From positions 61,628,001 through 61,692,000 of the forward strand of contig NC_043007.1 in NCBI RefSeq assembly GCF_006345805.1: a stretch of DNA of 64,000 nucleotides, read 5' to 3'. This DNA is from Octopus sinensis (Eukaryota). Below the pieces are notes generated by a model, which was not told where the DNA came from, ran no database searches, and saw only the letters and a list, made by a program, of their open reading frames with translations. This document shows positions 17,430 to 30,430 of this stretch, in pieces. The position numbers and the translations under genes were made by a program. Numbering within the stretch: the stretch's first letter is position 1; each line of letters opens with the position of its first letter.

Positions 17430-18039
17430 AGCAGAGAACTTGCATTACTTCACACATATGTGTGGTGTGTATTAAGGCAACGTTTGACCATGAAGCCATA
17501 TAGATTACAAATTGTACAAGCTCTTCTTAGAGGACATAGAAGATGACAGTATTTTGCTGTGGTTGATCTTTAGTGATGAAGCTACTTTTCATCTAAGCGG
17601 TAAAGTTAACTGCCATAACGTGCGCTTGTGGAGACTCCAGAATTCCCATGAAATCGTAGAACATGAACGAAATTCACCAAAAGTTAACATTGTTTGTGCG
17701 CTTTCACAAACCCAGATTTATGACCCGTACTTTTTTGAGGGGATACGTTAAGGAATATGTTTTTGTTCCTCCTTTAACTCGTGATCTTGATGAGCTTAAA
17801 ACAGGATAGCAGCAGCAATTGCTTCAATCAACGAAGACACTTTGTCAAGTGTTTCGTATGCATTTTGCTATCACCTTCATGTCGTCCGTGTGTGGCTGGT
17901 GGAGGGCACATAGAAGTTTGTAATAATGTTTCTGAAACTTTATAATTTTGTATTTCGTACTCTGTTTCATTTTTGTAAAGCATTTTCTTCAATAAATATG
18001 GCAGTTTAAACTGGGTTATTCTTTTTGAAACAGCCTGTA
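17430..18039 (+). mobile_element. Tc1/mariner transposon relic (partial transposase plus 3' TIR)
   Basis: LRQRLTMKPYRLQIVQAL and FSDEATFHLSGKVNCHNVRLW...HERNSPKVN. Ends TTCTTTTTGAAACAGCCTG+TA. Confidence 0.85.
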
Positions 18040-18744
18040 TATACACATACACATATATCCAAAAGGGGTTTTCAACCCAATATTTACATGCTAATATAAT
18101 AGCTTCATCTGTGTGCTTCGAGAATTACAAAAAGTATAAAAAAGAATTATTTCATGGTTTCTCGAATGTTTATACAAATTTTATGATGTCAGAAATGTAT
18201 ATATATATATATATATGCATGTGTGTGTGACTTCATTCTTTATCCGTTGTGCAGGAGCTAGATGCAAAGTCTGCACGGAGTGCGGCTTATAAGCGAGTTA
18301 TATATAAGTTGTAGGCTCTACAGAGGGACGGGCCTGCGAACCCTCTGAGTCACTCCTAAGTGGGATCACGCCTTGCTTGCTACCCCTTTCTTCGGCATAA
18401 CTCCACAAAAACGTGCATGTATGTATGTATGTATGTATGTATGTATGTATGTATGGATGGATGGATGGATGTATATACGTACTAACATACATGTATACAT
18501 GCATAGAGACAATGATGCTAATACTGTTTGGGTTCGAAATGCAAAATATTATGTATATCAAACCCAAGCAGTTTCCTTTGTTTATTTGCTTCATTATCTC
18601 CATAGCTGCTCGCCTGGATTCCTCTTATAACCATGCTTTATTCCGCAGACTTGGTCCTCGGTAAAGTTTTCGGAGTATAAGTTCAAATCATTTGAGCCCA
18701 ACTAAGTGCTTCTCTACTGAGAATCTCTGGAGCTGACCTGTTGA

Positions 18745-18819
<75 letters not shown>

Positions 18820-18823
18820 TACA

Positions 18824-18854
<31 letters not shown>

Positions 18855-19550
18855 GTATACATTCATACAAACATACTCACATACATATATATACACACAT
18901 ACGTACACACACATACATTCATACACACATACCATGGGTGTCGACGACTTGGTATCACGTGTGATTACATTGTGTGGGCCCACGATAATGAACGTATACA
19001 CCCATATGTAAAGACTAAGACTGCTCCCCCTAGACACGGACGTTACACCAAAGAAGCATGGGGCTATGCAAGGGATCGACTCATCAAAACTGCTCTCGCC
19101 TACAATGAAACCCCAAAACTGGGAATCATAAAAGCGGTGATATATATTAATGCCGCCGAGACACATGATACCTCTACTGGCTTCAATGAATATGGTTACA
19201 AGGAATATGGTTACAAGAATTTCGAGTTTTGCTTTCACTGGAAAAAAATCGAGCGCGGAAAAGTACGAAGATATCAAATGTTTTAGTGACAAACGCTACT
19301 GCGACGCAAATGACATTCTGTAAACATTTGAAGTCGTTTAACTGACAAAAGAAAAAAATAAATAAAATAAAAATATAAAAGAAAGAGTCAAAGAACTACA
19401 AAACACTGGCGGTTTCTAATAAGAATATTTCGGTCTGTGCATGTATGTGCATATGTAAATACACACAGACATCCACATGTGTATATACACATACATCTTA
19501 ACTTATTCACACGCACGCAGACACATATATATGCATATATACTTATGCAA

Positions 19551-19589
<39 letters not shown>

Positions 19590-19723
19590 CATACATTCAC
19601 ACATCTATATATATGAGTAAAAAACAGAATCATGTATATATATGTATATATGCATGTGTGTGTGAATATATATATATATATTATATATATATATATATAA
19701 TATATATATATATATAGCGAAAA

Positions 19724-19754
<31 letters not shown>

Positions 19755-19822
19755 GTCTGAAGAACTGTCCACAAGGCTTTGGCTTGTAACACTGTATAAA
19801 ATTTGCTAACTTATATATATGT

Positions 19823-19990
19823 TTATATATAAGAGTGTATAAAGATTTATACAGAGAGAGAAAACCCTTGACAGGACTTCTTACACGCTAAAAGGGCAGT
19901 GTTTGGGTTTAACTGCCCTTTTTAGCATGCAGGAAGTCCTGACAAGGGTCTTCTCTCTGTGTATAAATCTTTATACACTCTTATATATAA
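19823..19990. repeat. Foldback palindrome (~77-bp arms)
   Basis: TAAGAGTGTATAAAGATTTATAC...GGGCAGT pairs with ACTGCCC...GTATAAATCTTTATACACTCTTA. Confidence 0.9.
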
Positions 19991-20072
19991 AGATATGTTG
20001 TCTTGACTTTTATTACGCATGCAAACCACTGGTAATAAATTATTCTAATTTTTTACCCCCATAATTTACACA

Positions 20073-20127
<55 letters not shown>

Positions 20128-20348
20128 CACTATCACGTGACCGACCAGACCATCAGATGTTTTACACATCGCTAGTCACAATGCGTTCGCACTGTTTTAG
20201 CCTTCAAATGACGCCACCCCGCTGGCTAAGCGAGCAGGCCAACAGAAGAAAGAGTGGGAGAAAGTGTGGTGAAAGATTACAGCAGGGATCACCACCCTCT
20301 GCCGGAGCCTCGTGGAGCTTTTAGGTGTTTTCGCTCAATAAATACTCA
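20128..20348. mobile_element. Interspersed repeat (SINE or LINE-end-like) next to (TA)n
   Basis: GC-richer block abutting a microsatellite; family not assigned. Confidence 0.4.
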
Positions 20349-20456
20349 CCATATATCCCATCAATTTTGTTAAAAATGGAGGAGACAAGTTTAAACTTCT
20401 TATAAATTTTAACAACTTGTTTCCTCCATTTTTAACAAAATTGATGGGATATATGG
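20349..20456. repeat. Foldback palindrome (~40-bp arms)
   Basis: CCATATATCCCATCAATTTTGTTAAAAATGGAGGA pairs with TCCTCCATTTTTAACAAAATTGATGGGATATATGG. Confidence 0.9.
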
Positions 20457-20459
20457 AAC

Positions 20460-20668
20460 TGCATTCCATAAGTTTAGCATACATTATATATAATCGCTTA
20501 TACTTCTCCAATGCACAAAATATTAAAATTTTTTTTACACAATTCCTAATATTTCATTATAAAAATACAGTAGAATTTTTAAACATAGAATGGCTATGGA
20601 GGTCCAGTAGAGCTAAATAGGAATCAAAGGGGTCCACAGATAAAAAAAAAATGGTTGAAAACCACTGG
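20460..20668 (+). mobile_element. hAT-type MITE, right half
   Basis: Ends GGTTGAAAACCACTG; homologous to 58680-59016. Confidence 0.65.
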
Positions 20669-21007
20669 ACTGCATAAAGAAATTAACATGACATTGTGTG
20701 CAGTGCTGTGTGGTTCGACTGCACTCGCTGCAACGAATTCGGGCCAGGATTACAAACGATCGGCTGACCGATCGAGATTAACGAACATCATCATCCAGCA
20801 AATGTTCGGCTATGTTTATAAGATCTGATGAAGAGTATGGGCAAATACTTGTTAACGAGTCGCTAGCATCGTGGATATCCGTAATAAAAGGAAGATACGG
20901 CTATGACAGCATCACATAGTCTTATTTGGTCATAGCGTAAATGTTGCCAAAAGAACAAGCTAATACTCAGATCGTTGGGTGTTACAAGCGGTTAGAAAAG
21001 CGGTTCT

Positions 21008-21648
21008 ACTTAAAAACAAAGGTCCCACTTAAATACAGAGGTCCCGACGCATCTACGTAACGATATAAAGGGATGGGGAGTAATCTAGTTTTATTAAAAC
21101 TACTGCGACTTCACATAAGTGGTACTTGTGTAAGTTGAAATAGATATATTTCATATTAGAACGATCCGGAGAAGTTGGTAGATTTTTCAAAAGTCATGGT
21201 GTGTTACGAAGTATTTCAAATGTACGCTGTGTGGACGTGTAATGACACATTGCTGATACAAGCACAAAAGATGATCACAATATCATACAATAGGCGAAGG
21301 TAAAGCGCGTGCACACCACCCAACCCTAAAACTGACACTAACCCTAAAAACTAACCTTAAAACTAAACCTAAAAACTAGCACTAAAACTAACCCTGAAAA
21401 TTAACTCTAGAACTACCCCTAACCCTAAAACTAACCCTAACGAGTGTGGCACTGTTAAAACATCAATTTAAATACAGATGATGTTGTAGGGAAAAAGATC
21501 AGAGTAAAAACAGACGATATTGTGGGGCCCCTTACATCATTAAAAGTAGTTTTGGTAAAACTAGATTACTTCCCCTTCATATCGTTACGCAGATGCATCG
21601 GGACCTCTGTATTAAAGTAGTGCCTATATGGTACCTCTGTATTTAGTG
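21008..21648. mobile_element. MITE-like element with ~95-bp terminal inverted repeats and internal degenerate (CTAACC)-rich repeats
   Basis: 21008-21104 is the reverse complement of 21545-21648. AAAACTAACCCT-like units at 21321-21441. Confidence 0.75.
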
Positions 21649-22289
21649 TCTATAAGCTTTCTTCACCACGGCTAATGATTCCAAGTATATACATCACATT
21701 CAGTGGTCTTACAGCGGGTTACTTCACAATCTTGAGTTTTTCTGCTTCACAACCACTATTTGCCAGACATATTAAACCGATGCTGATTTAATCTATACTT
21801 ATGATGGATATTCCTTTTGTCTTGCTGGGTTCCCGGAAATCTTCCTCACAAGGACTTCTTTTGTCATATGTATTTTCAATGTGACTTTTCACATAAACGG
21901 CTTCTCATACAATAAGTTTGTAAATATATTTTATACAATGTTTTTTTTTTATTTTGTTTTCTCCCATTCTAATGCAAGAAACATCTCTCCCATAATTAGT
22001 TATTTATTTAGAAAATGTATTCATATAAACACTGTTTAACCCTAACCCACACATGTATATATGTTTGTATATATGTCATTATTCAGTTTATTTCAAGATT
22101 TCTTGTCTATAGAGAAAGAACCAGTTTCTAACCTACATCCAAGGTTCTTTCATTGGAATTTCAACATCCAACAACAGGGTGTTTTTGTATGTATGTATGT
22201 ATGTATGTATGTATGTATGTATGTATGTATGTATGTATGTATGTACGTATGTATGTATGTATGTGCAGATTTGTGTGTTTTATGTATGT

Positions 22290-23395
22290 ATTTTCATGCA
22301 TAGAGTTTCATATCTAGACATACTCATATATATTTAAATGATAAACTTCTGGAAAGTTTTACAAATTTTTACAGTTCCAGTGATGGTTTGGATCTGTAGC
22401 CTTCGAATTAGTTTTCTCCTTTCTGGTTTTGAGAAGCTAATTTCCACAACTGTGCACAGTTTTTCTTCTCTATCGCAAATCATTATATCAGGTCTGTTTT
22501 ATTGAGGTTTTCACGGATACATTCCACCAATATTCCTTTTCATTATGAGTTCTTTACGTTCTGAATTCAAATTCCGCCTAGGTCGACTTTGCCTTTCATC
22601 CATTCGGGGTCGGTAAATTAAGTACCAGTTGCGTACAGGGGTCAATTTAATCGACTGGCCCCCTCCCCTCCAAATTTCGGGCCTTGTGCCTAGAGTAGAA
22701 AAGATTCCTTTTCATTTTCTGTGGCTATGGCTTCTACCATATTGTGGGTTTTTATTTCTTTGTCCTGGGGATTATACTTCCGACGGATTTCCTTATAGTG
22801 TCCTAGCTACAACGTCATGTCTCATCGGTAGATAATACCGTGATGACGTTTTCGGATAACTGCTTATGATGTGGGTGATATCTTCAATGCGACCTCCATC
22901 GGTTGTCACATTTTACGGCATTTGCCGCATCTCTATCCCTTTTGTGCATCAGGTACCCTGGTTGATATTTTCCTATTCCTGGATTGCAAATGCATACCCT
23001 TCAAAGTGGGGGATAATAATCCGGCTATTCGTCCATTATAAACTGCTTTGATGATCGATGTTACTATCATTATAGAGCTTTCTACCAACATATCCATGCA
23101 TAGTCTTCTGCATATATAGGCTCATCCTTTCATCTGATGATATGTTGCGGTAGAGTCGTGCGACTTCTTTGGGCACGTATTCTAGTTATCAGACAAGGAG
23201 CTGATGTTATCAGCTTCATGTATGCAAACTTGGTCAAAGGATGCACTCCGACGCTTAGTGGTTTAAAGATGTTGCCGAAGCGATCTTCGGCAACATGCGA
23301 CATTCAAAGGCATTTTGGATCGATGTTAAGCCTCTGCCTCCTTGTTTACGTTTTAGATAGAGGCGGTCTACACCACTGTTTATGTGGAAATTAAT
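22290..23395 (-). mobile_element. Dong/R4-type LINE 3' part, interrupted by a SINE
   Basis: FHINSGVDRLYLKRKQGGRGL, FAIQE.E.STRYL, EDITHIISS...RHDVVA. Same family as 56130-58290. Confidence 0.75.
22546..22705 (+). mobile_element. SINE family A inserted in the LINE
   Basis: TTTACGTTCTGAATTCAAATTCCGCC...GCCTTGTGCCTAGAGTAGAAAAGA. Confidence 0.85.
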
Positions 23396-24893
23396 ATGGT
23401 GATGAATTAATCTAATAGCTAAGGGAACTCCTTTATTCTCTCCGGACGCGAGACAATATGAAAATAAAAATCTGATTTCTTTTGCAATATTTGAATATAT
23501 GAACAATTACTTTTGAAGGTTCTCGGATATTAACAGAAATCCAAATAACAAAGGAAATACTTTGAGTTAACATTTTATAATTACACTTCATACATATTTT
23601 CTGATTTTTCTTTTAATGGATTGATAATGGATTAAAGGATAACAACAACAGGTATACTTGAAATTTATCTTCGATTTAATAAGATGGATGTTTAATTGAG
23701 TATGTACATATATATAAATAACTTTCAAAGACTTTTGAAGAATTTTAAAGAGTTAATGATATTAGTTACAGTATATTCGGAAACAATAAATCTGAATATC
23801 CACGAGTAGAATTACGAATTATAATACAAGTTCGGTTAAGCATAGAATTTTGAAAACATACATTTTATAATTTGAATATAACATTTAGATAATGCGGTTG
23901 ATCAGTAAAGAATGTAAACCTATTTAACATCAATACATAATGTTTAGTGTCCGGAATTTTGTTATTCCAAAATTATCAATAAATATTTACTTACAAATTG
24001 TGGAGTTTGGTCTTACAGGTTTGCGGTAAAAGTCAACAAACATCTCTACTGTAATGTCACTTCTTAGAAGAACAAAAAATGTAAAACAAATAATCTTTTT
24101 TCTTGGCCTTTTTGCTTTCTTCTTTTAGATTAGACACATCTCAGCATATCAGTTAACAGTGTTTGTTTTTTTTTAGGTTATTTTCTGATTCAAGTGCCGT
24201 TTTTTTCTTGAGTTTTCGAAGAAACTTCGCCATATATGTTAACTTTCCATTTTTATTTTTTAAAAAGTATTACGTTTGTATATTCGATCAAACGCTTTGA
24301 ACGCCTTAACGGTTCAACCACGTCAAATAATGTTCAAAGTAAGACGCCATAATCACACTGGAATTGCAGTCAAAGAACGATCTATAAACGACTGATTCTT
24401 CAGTTGCATCACAACAGTTGTTTTATTAAAAAAGACTTTATTTAAGATTTAGGTACAAAACTATGAACGATTATACTTTTAGATATAAATTTGATTTGCT
24501 GCACACAATTTATTTACTTTTATTGATATATTTATATATGAAATGATGTTTATCTTTCGAATACTTATCTTTATTGTCAAAATATTCTAACTGGTGATAA
24601 TTCTAGTTATTATAAAGAACATAAGACGAATATAAAAGATGTATACATCATCTACGCTGTACAGAAAACTGAGGGAACGACTTGGCGGCTCATTCCAGGT
24701 GTTTTAAATATTCCGTTTCATTTAACGTTGTTAATTCTTTCGTTTCTTTCTGTGTGAGCTGATAAGTCGAAACCCTATAAATAATATAGGGTTTGATTCA
24801 AGGCCAGCAGTTATAGGGAAAGTGGGAAAATTGATTACATCAACCATGGCGCTTAACAGATAGTAATTTACCAACCCCAAAAGGATGAAAGGC

Positions 24894-25000
<107 letters not shown>

Positions 25001-25159
25001 TATATATATATTCTGATAACCCAGAATTTTGTCTCAAATCCAAAATCTTCCGTAATATTCCAAAAGCCCAATTCAATTTGAACACTAAATAGTTGTGTTA
25101 TACACAGAGTATAATTCTCCCTTATATTATAACGTGAATAAGTAAGGCAAGGACCGCTT

Positions 25160-25640
25160 TTCACCTGTTACAGAAAGTATGGAGCGCAAGTGTAATTTCA
25201 ATAAAGAACAAAATAATAATTTTTAACACTACCGTAAAAGCGGTGTTATTGTATGGGACTGAGACATGGCGAACAACAGTTAAGTCAAATAAGCAAATAC
25301 AATCATTCATCAACAGATGCTTGCGTAGTATACTTAAAATTAAATGGCCCGAACACATAAGCAATATGGAAAAGAACAAATGAAGTTTCGATTAGGGAGC
25401 AAATATTTAAGAAAAAGTGGAAGTGGATTGGTAGCACAATTAGAAAAGACACACCAAATGTAGCGGAAAGTGCTTTACAGTGGAAACCGGATGGATATAG
25501 AAGGAGAGGTAGACCTAAGAACTCGGGGCGGAGATCAACACAAAGGGAACTAGAGAAAGGGGGACATTCATAGCAGAGCCAAAAATTATGCGATATGGAA
25601 TTCAACTATAAGTGGTCTATACTCCGCGTTGGAAGGTTAA
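25160..25640 (+). mobile_element. RTE-clade LINE 3' fragment
   Basis: KIIIFNTTVKAVLLYGTETW...FINRCLRSILKIKWP...WKWIG...ALQWKPDG.RRRGRPK. Confidence 0.85.
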
Positions 25641-25672
25641 AAGCATAAATAAAAAAAATTCTCCCTGTTCAT

Positions 25673-25711
<39 letters not shown>

Positions 25712-25725
25712 TGAGTGCTACAAAA

Positions 25726-25759
<34 letters not shown>

Positions 25760-26469
25760 CATGTATGTATGTATGTATGTATGTATGTATGTATGTATGT
25801 ATGTATGTATGTATGAATGTGTGTGTGTGATGTGGTGAGTGCTACTAAGTTGCCGGTAAGCTGTTCTGTCCTGTTCTTTCGGTTGAAGTGTTTTAAATCT
25901 GTTACGAATATTTCAACCGAAAAAAGTTGTAAGACTTTTATATATACATTTGTGTCAGTCTGTATGAAAGCGCACAAACGCTGCTGCCTCAATAAAATAA
26001 TTGACATATTAGAATATACTTAGTAATACTGTTCTCATAATTTATCTTTACTTTATTGACTTTACGATAAAATATGATAGAGCAAAACATTTCCGCTAAC
26101 ACATAAATACAGACAGCCAAACAAACAACACACACACACTCACACACTACTAAATCCTCTCATTAGAAGACACTTGCTCAAGGTGCCTCACAGTGTGACT
26201 GAACCCGGAACCATGTGGTTGGAAAACAAGCTTCTTACTACACAGCCACACCTGCACCTATACCCTATTAGAGGTCGATAAAGTACAATACCAGTCAAAT
26301 ATTTGTGTCAATGCATTCAACTGACCACTCAACGCTTTAAAATTGTTGGTCTTGTACTAAAATTTGAAACAGACATTATTTTTATTTGGCAGAAACACTC
26401 TACCGATTAAAACAATAACGTGCATATACTCATGCATTAAGTTCTGTTCACTCTGTCTGTTCTACTAAA

Positions 26470-26775
26470 AGGGTTAAGACCCCCTTCAGTCATGATTGAC
26501 CATGGGATTGCACTTTGATGGTTCCCTTCGCAGGCACAAGTCCGGGCAATATTATGCATACCATATTATGCTCATGCATACCAGCCTCCCCACTCTACGC
26601 CACTGATGTTATCCAAGGGAAAGGCAAAGACCGATACAGCTTGGCACCAGTGAAGGCGCAACTCATTTCTACAGAGAAATGAACTGGAGCAACGTATCTT
26701 CTTCAAGAACGCAATACACGGCTCAGTCCGAGAATCGAACTCAGTACCTTATGACTGTGAGCCCAACGTTCTGAC
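26470..26775 (-). mobile_element. tRNA-derived SINE (family C-related)
   Basis: AATCGAACTC (B-box on minus) and AACTGGAGCAAC core shared with 60430-60730. Confidence 0.6.
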
Positions 26776-26779
26776 CAGC

Positions 26780-28230
26780 TGTCGTCGCTCTCCTCGAACA
26801 AGGTTGGTGGTGGTTCCTTTGGGGGTATCTCTCTTAAGGTCCTCCGCATCCCTCCGTGGCACCTTTGATGTGGGCTGCTTTATCGTGGTATTGGTCGACT
26901 TCTTTTTTTCTTTTTGGTTGTCAGTTTATGGCGGGTTAATAGGTTGTTTCATCGTGGTGTTGGTTGACGTCTTTTTTTTCTTTCGGATTGTCAGTCTGTG
27001 GTGGGTTGATGGATTGTACTATTATGGTGATGATTGACTTCCTTCTATCTTCCTTCGAGTCGTCAGTTTGTGGTGGGTTGATGGGCGGTTCCACCGTGGT
27101 GCTGGTTGGCTCCTCCTTGTTTTCTTTCGGGTCGTCAGACTCTGGTGGGTTCATAGGTGGAGGGGTGCTTGAGGTTGTAGGACCTGTGGGCACGTGGTTT
27201 TTAATTGGCCCTTTTGCCCACATTGAAAGCACCTTGGACTTCTTCCTTCCACCATGACTCTTAGTCTAGTCTCGTTCGGCAGTATTATTTGCTCTGGGTG
27301 GCCTGGATTATTAGCTCCAGACCTTGGCCCCAACAGTTCTGCTGGTGTAGCCTGGTGGCCTGAAGGATAATGGCTCTATCCCTCAAGTTCAGCAGTACAG
27401 CTGCCACAAGCCACACCGCATTGATCTCTTATGGGACCTCCCCTATCCTTATTTTCGATGTTCGCTTTCCGTGGTAAGTCGGTAGTAACATCTGATCTGC
27501 CGACTTTAAGGGAGACGTAGAGGGTCCCTTTACTTCCTCTTCGGAAGCGAATCTCACCGCGACTGAGCCGAAACGCCTTACTCTATTTAGGTATTTTATG
27601 TTGCGCCAAATTGGTAGTAGCCACTTTTCAATGCCATCTGTAGAGGCTATCTCTATCCTTTTTGTTGCCAGGGACAGCATTCTGTAAACTATTGTTTTGC
27701 GTTTTGTGTTGTACATTACTTCTTCTGGGGGAGTCAGCTTCATGTTCGCTCCTTCCCTCCGCAATAAGTTTGCACTGTTTTGCTAGTGATGCCGGCCACG
27801 GACGCGTAGTTTATTTTTCCATTACCATTCTGTGTTTCAATACAGAAGTCGGTTTTATCATTCTCTGGTATGTTTTTCTCTTCCTTCGTTTGGCAAAATT
27901 GGTGGGAAAGTAACATTTGTTTGCACAATTCCTCCAATTAGTAGTCGAGAATTACATATTGAGAGACGTCAACTTCCTTGTACTGATTGTGTAAAAAATA
28001 TTTCCTCAAAGGAAAAAAATTCGTCCCTAGACAGGGGGAATTCTCACAAAATCGAACCTGCAAAAGCAGGCAATGTGTCCAAAAGACACAGAAAACAGAC
28101 AAAATTGGATAACAGTTCAAAAAACAACGGTAAATCCCAAAGGGAAAAAACCACAATTAAACGAGAGCAGCAGAAAACAGGTCTGTTCAGTAAAAGGCAT
28201 TAAAAGAGAACGACACTTAACTACTCAGTG
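26780..28230 (-). mobile_element. L1/Tx1-like LINE 5' part: decayed ORF1 with zinc knuckle
   Basis: INYASVAG..., RVRRFGSVAVRFASEEE...SKIRIGEVP, LRVMVEGRSPRCFQCGQKG(H)LKTTCP, then Pro/Thr-rich tandem repeats. Confidence 0.7.
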
Positions 28231-28334
28231 TAAGTTGGACCTGTTTATATGTATACATATTCTTTTATTTGTTTCAGTCATTTGACTGTGGCAACGGGAG
28301 CACCATATTTTGTATTTTATGTATTTAATATATT

Positions 28335-28583
<249 letters not shown>

Positions 28584-28819
28584 TCTAAACCAGAACTATC
28601 CGACGAAGGGAACGTGAACTCTGAGTAACAGTTTTTGTGATGTCTTTGCTGCTTTATATATAAAGTATATATATATGCGCGCGCGCGTGTGTTGATCCTT
28701 TTTACTAGTCGGTTGTTTCCTTTCCTGTTATCGTTGCTGTCAGAAAAATCAGATGTTCGTCTTTAGAGCAGAGAAAATGTTTAATGCAGACTTTATATAC
28801 AGAGAAATTTGCTATTGAC

Positions 28820-28903
<84 letters not shown>

Positions 28904-29489
28904 GGTTCTAAATCACTGTATAGGATTAAGGGAGGGGAATAGCAGGTTGAGATGTCGGAAGGAAAGAGAGAAATATATATAGCAAGGCAGAAAAAAAAAT
29001 GAAAGCAAAGGCAATTGATTTTGTATATTTTCTAATATGAAACAATTTTTAAAGAATTTTTTAAGGGACGATGTATAGTCAAATAAGTATAAAGCAAACT
29101 TGTTACTTCGTTTTTAAAATCTACTGAGGAGATAACGACCTGATAAAGTCGAAAGAATAGGATTTAAACGCAGAACATTTCATGGTTGTGGGGACAGTTC
29201 TATTGCTTACAGTTTTTGTCATTCGACCATTCTACTCAAATACCTTGTACCAATTCGGTCGACTACAGATTAATGACAATCTAAGTGTATATCCCAGGAG
29301 AATTTAAACATAGAAAGGTTGAAAAAAATTGAATACTGTTAAGATTTTGTCTGTCACTCTAGGGGTTACTTAGAAGTAAAGAGGAGACAGAAGTAAAAGG
29401 CAGGACTAGACTCGTCACGGTATCTGGTTCAAACATAAAAGCCAACTTTCTTCAGAAATATCAGCTAACAGTCTTCAATTATATTGTTA

Positions 29490-29860
29490 TTAGGCAGCGA
29501 GCCGGCAGAATCGTTAGTTAGCACGCCGGAAAAATACTTAGCGGCATTTCTTTCGACTTTACGTTCTGAGTTCAAATTCTACCAAGGTCGACTTTACCTT
29601 TCATTCTTTCGAGGGCGATAAAATAAGTACCAGTTGAGTACTAAGATCGATGTGATCGACTTTCCTTCTCCTCCGAAATCGCTGGACTTGTGCCAAAATT
29701 TGAAACCAACATTATACTACTATCAAAGGTGGTGAGCTGACACAATCGTTAGCACACCGTACAAAGTGATTAGCGGTCTTTTTTCCAGCTCTTTTTATTC
29801 TGAGTTTAAATCCCGACGAGGTCAACTTTGCCTTTTATTTGTGCCTACAATAGAAAAAAA
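29490..29860 (+). mobile_element. Two tandem SINE family A copies
   Basis: Heads at ~29493 and ~29728. Confidence 0.85.
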
Positions 29861-30180
29861 TATACTGTAATCAATTTTATCGATTATACAAATTCATAAG
29901 AATATACAAAATTGATTTTTCAGTCATACAAAATCCACAGCCCGTCATACTTAATCAATGTTGAGCAAAGCAAATGAAATTCGACAAGAAATACTGAAAG
30001 AAATAATGGATACCGCCCGAGGCCTAAAATACAGAATTCTGTCCTGCATGTTCACGAAATACTTGATGGAGGTGAAAAACAATTCGGATTTGCACAGACT
30101 AAAATAAGTTTTCAATACTGAAATATTTAAATGAGTCACTTGAAGCTGAAAAGTTGAGGTGTACATGATAAATGACATGT

Positions 30181-30430
30181 TGTAATGAGAGTTACAACAC
30201 TCCTTTGCGAGAGATAGACTGGTTCGATAAAGTATAAATAGTAACGATCTGAGTGAGTTCAGGGTTGAGTGAAGTTCGTGTTAGTTTGCAGTGAAGTCGG
30301 AAGGTGTCGGTTGGTTAGTTCACAAGGAATATTGATTGTTAGTTCGTAAAGAGATTTGTTATTTCGTTACAATGTTGTTACTGTTGTCTAGTAATCTTAT
30401 TTATTGTGCGTAACAAATTACGTTACAGCA
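30181..30430. mobile_element. Probable solo LTR (250 bp)
   Basis: TG...CA termini (TGTAATG / CGTTACAGCA) flanked by the 5-bp direct repeat CATGT (30176-30180, 30431-30435). TATAAA on plus, AATAAA on minus. Confidence 0.55.

Noticed and set aside
21321-21441. True telomere or chromosome-fusion site
   Set aside because: The repeats are degenerate 12-mers in one orientation, enclosed by TIRs.
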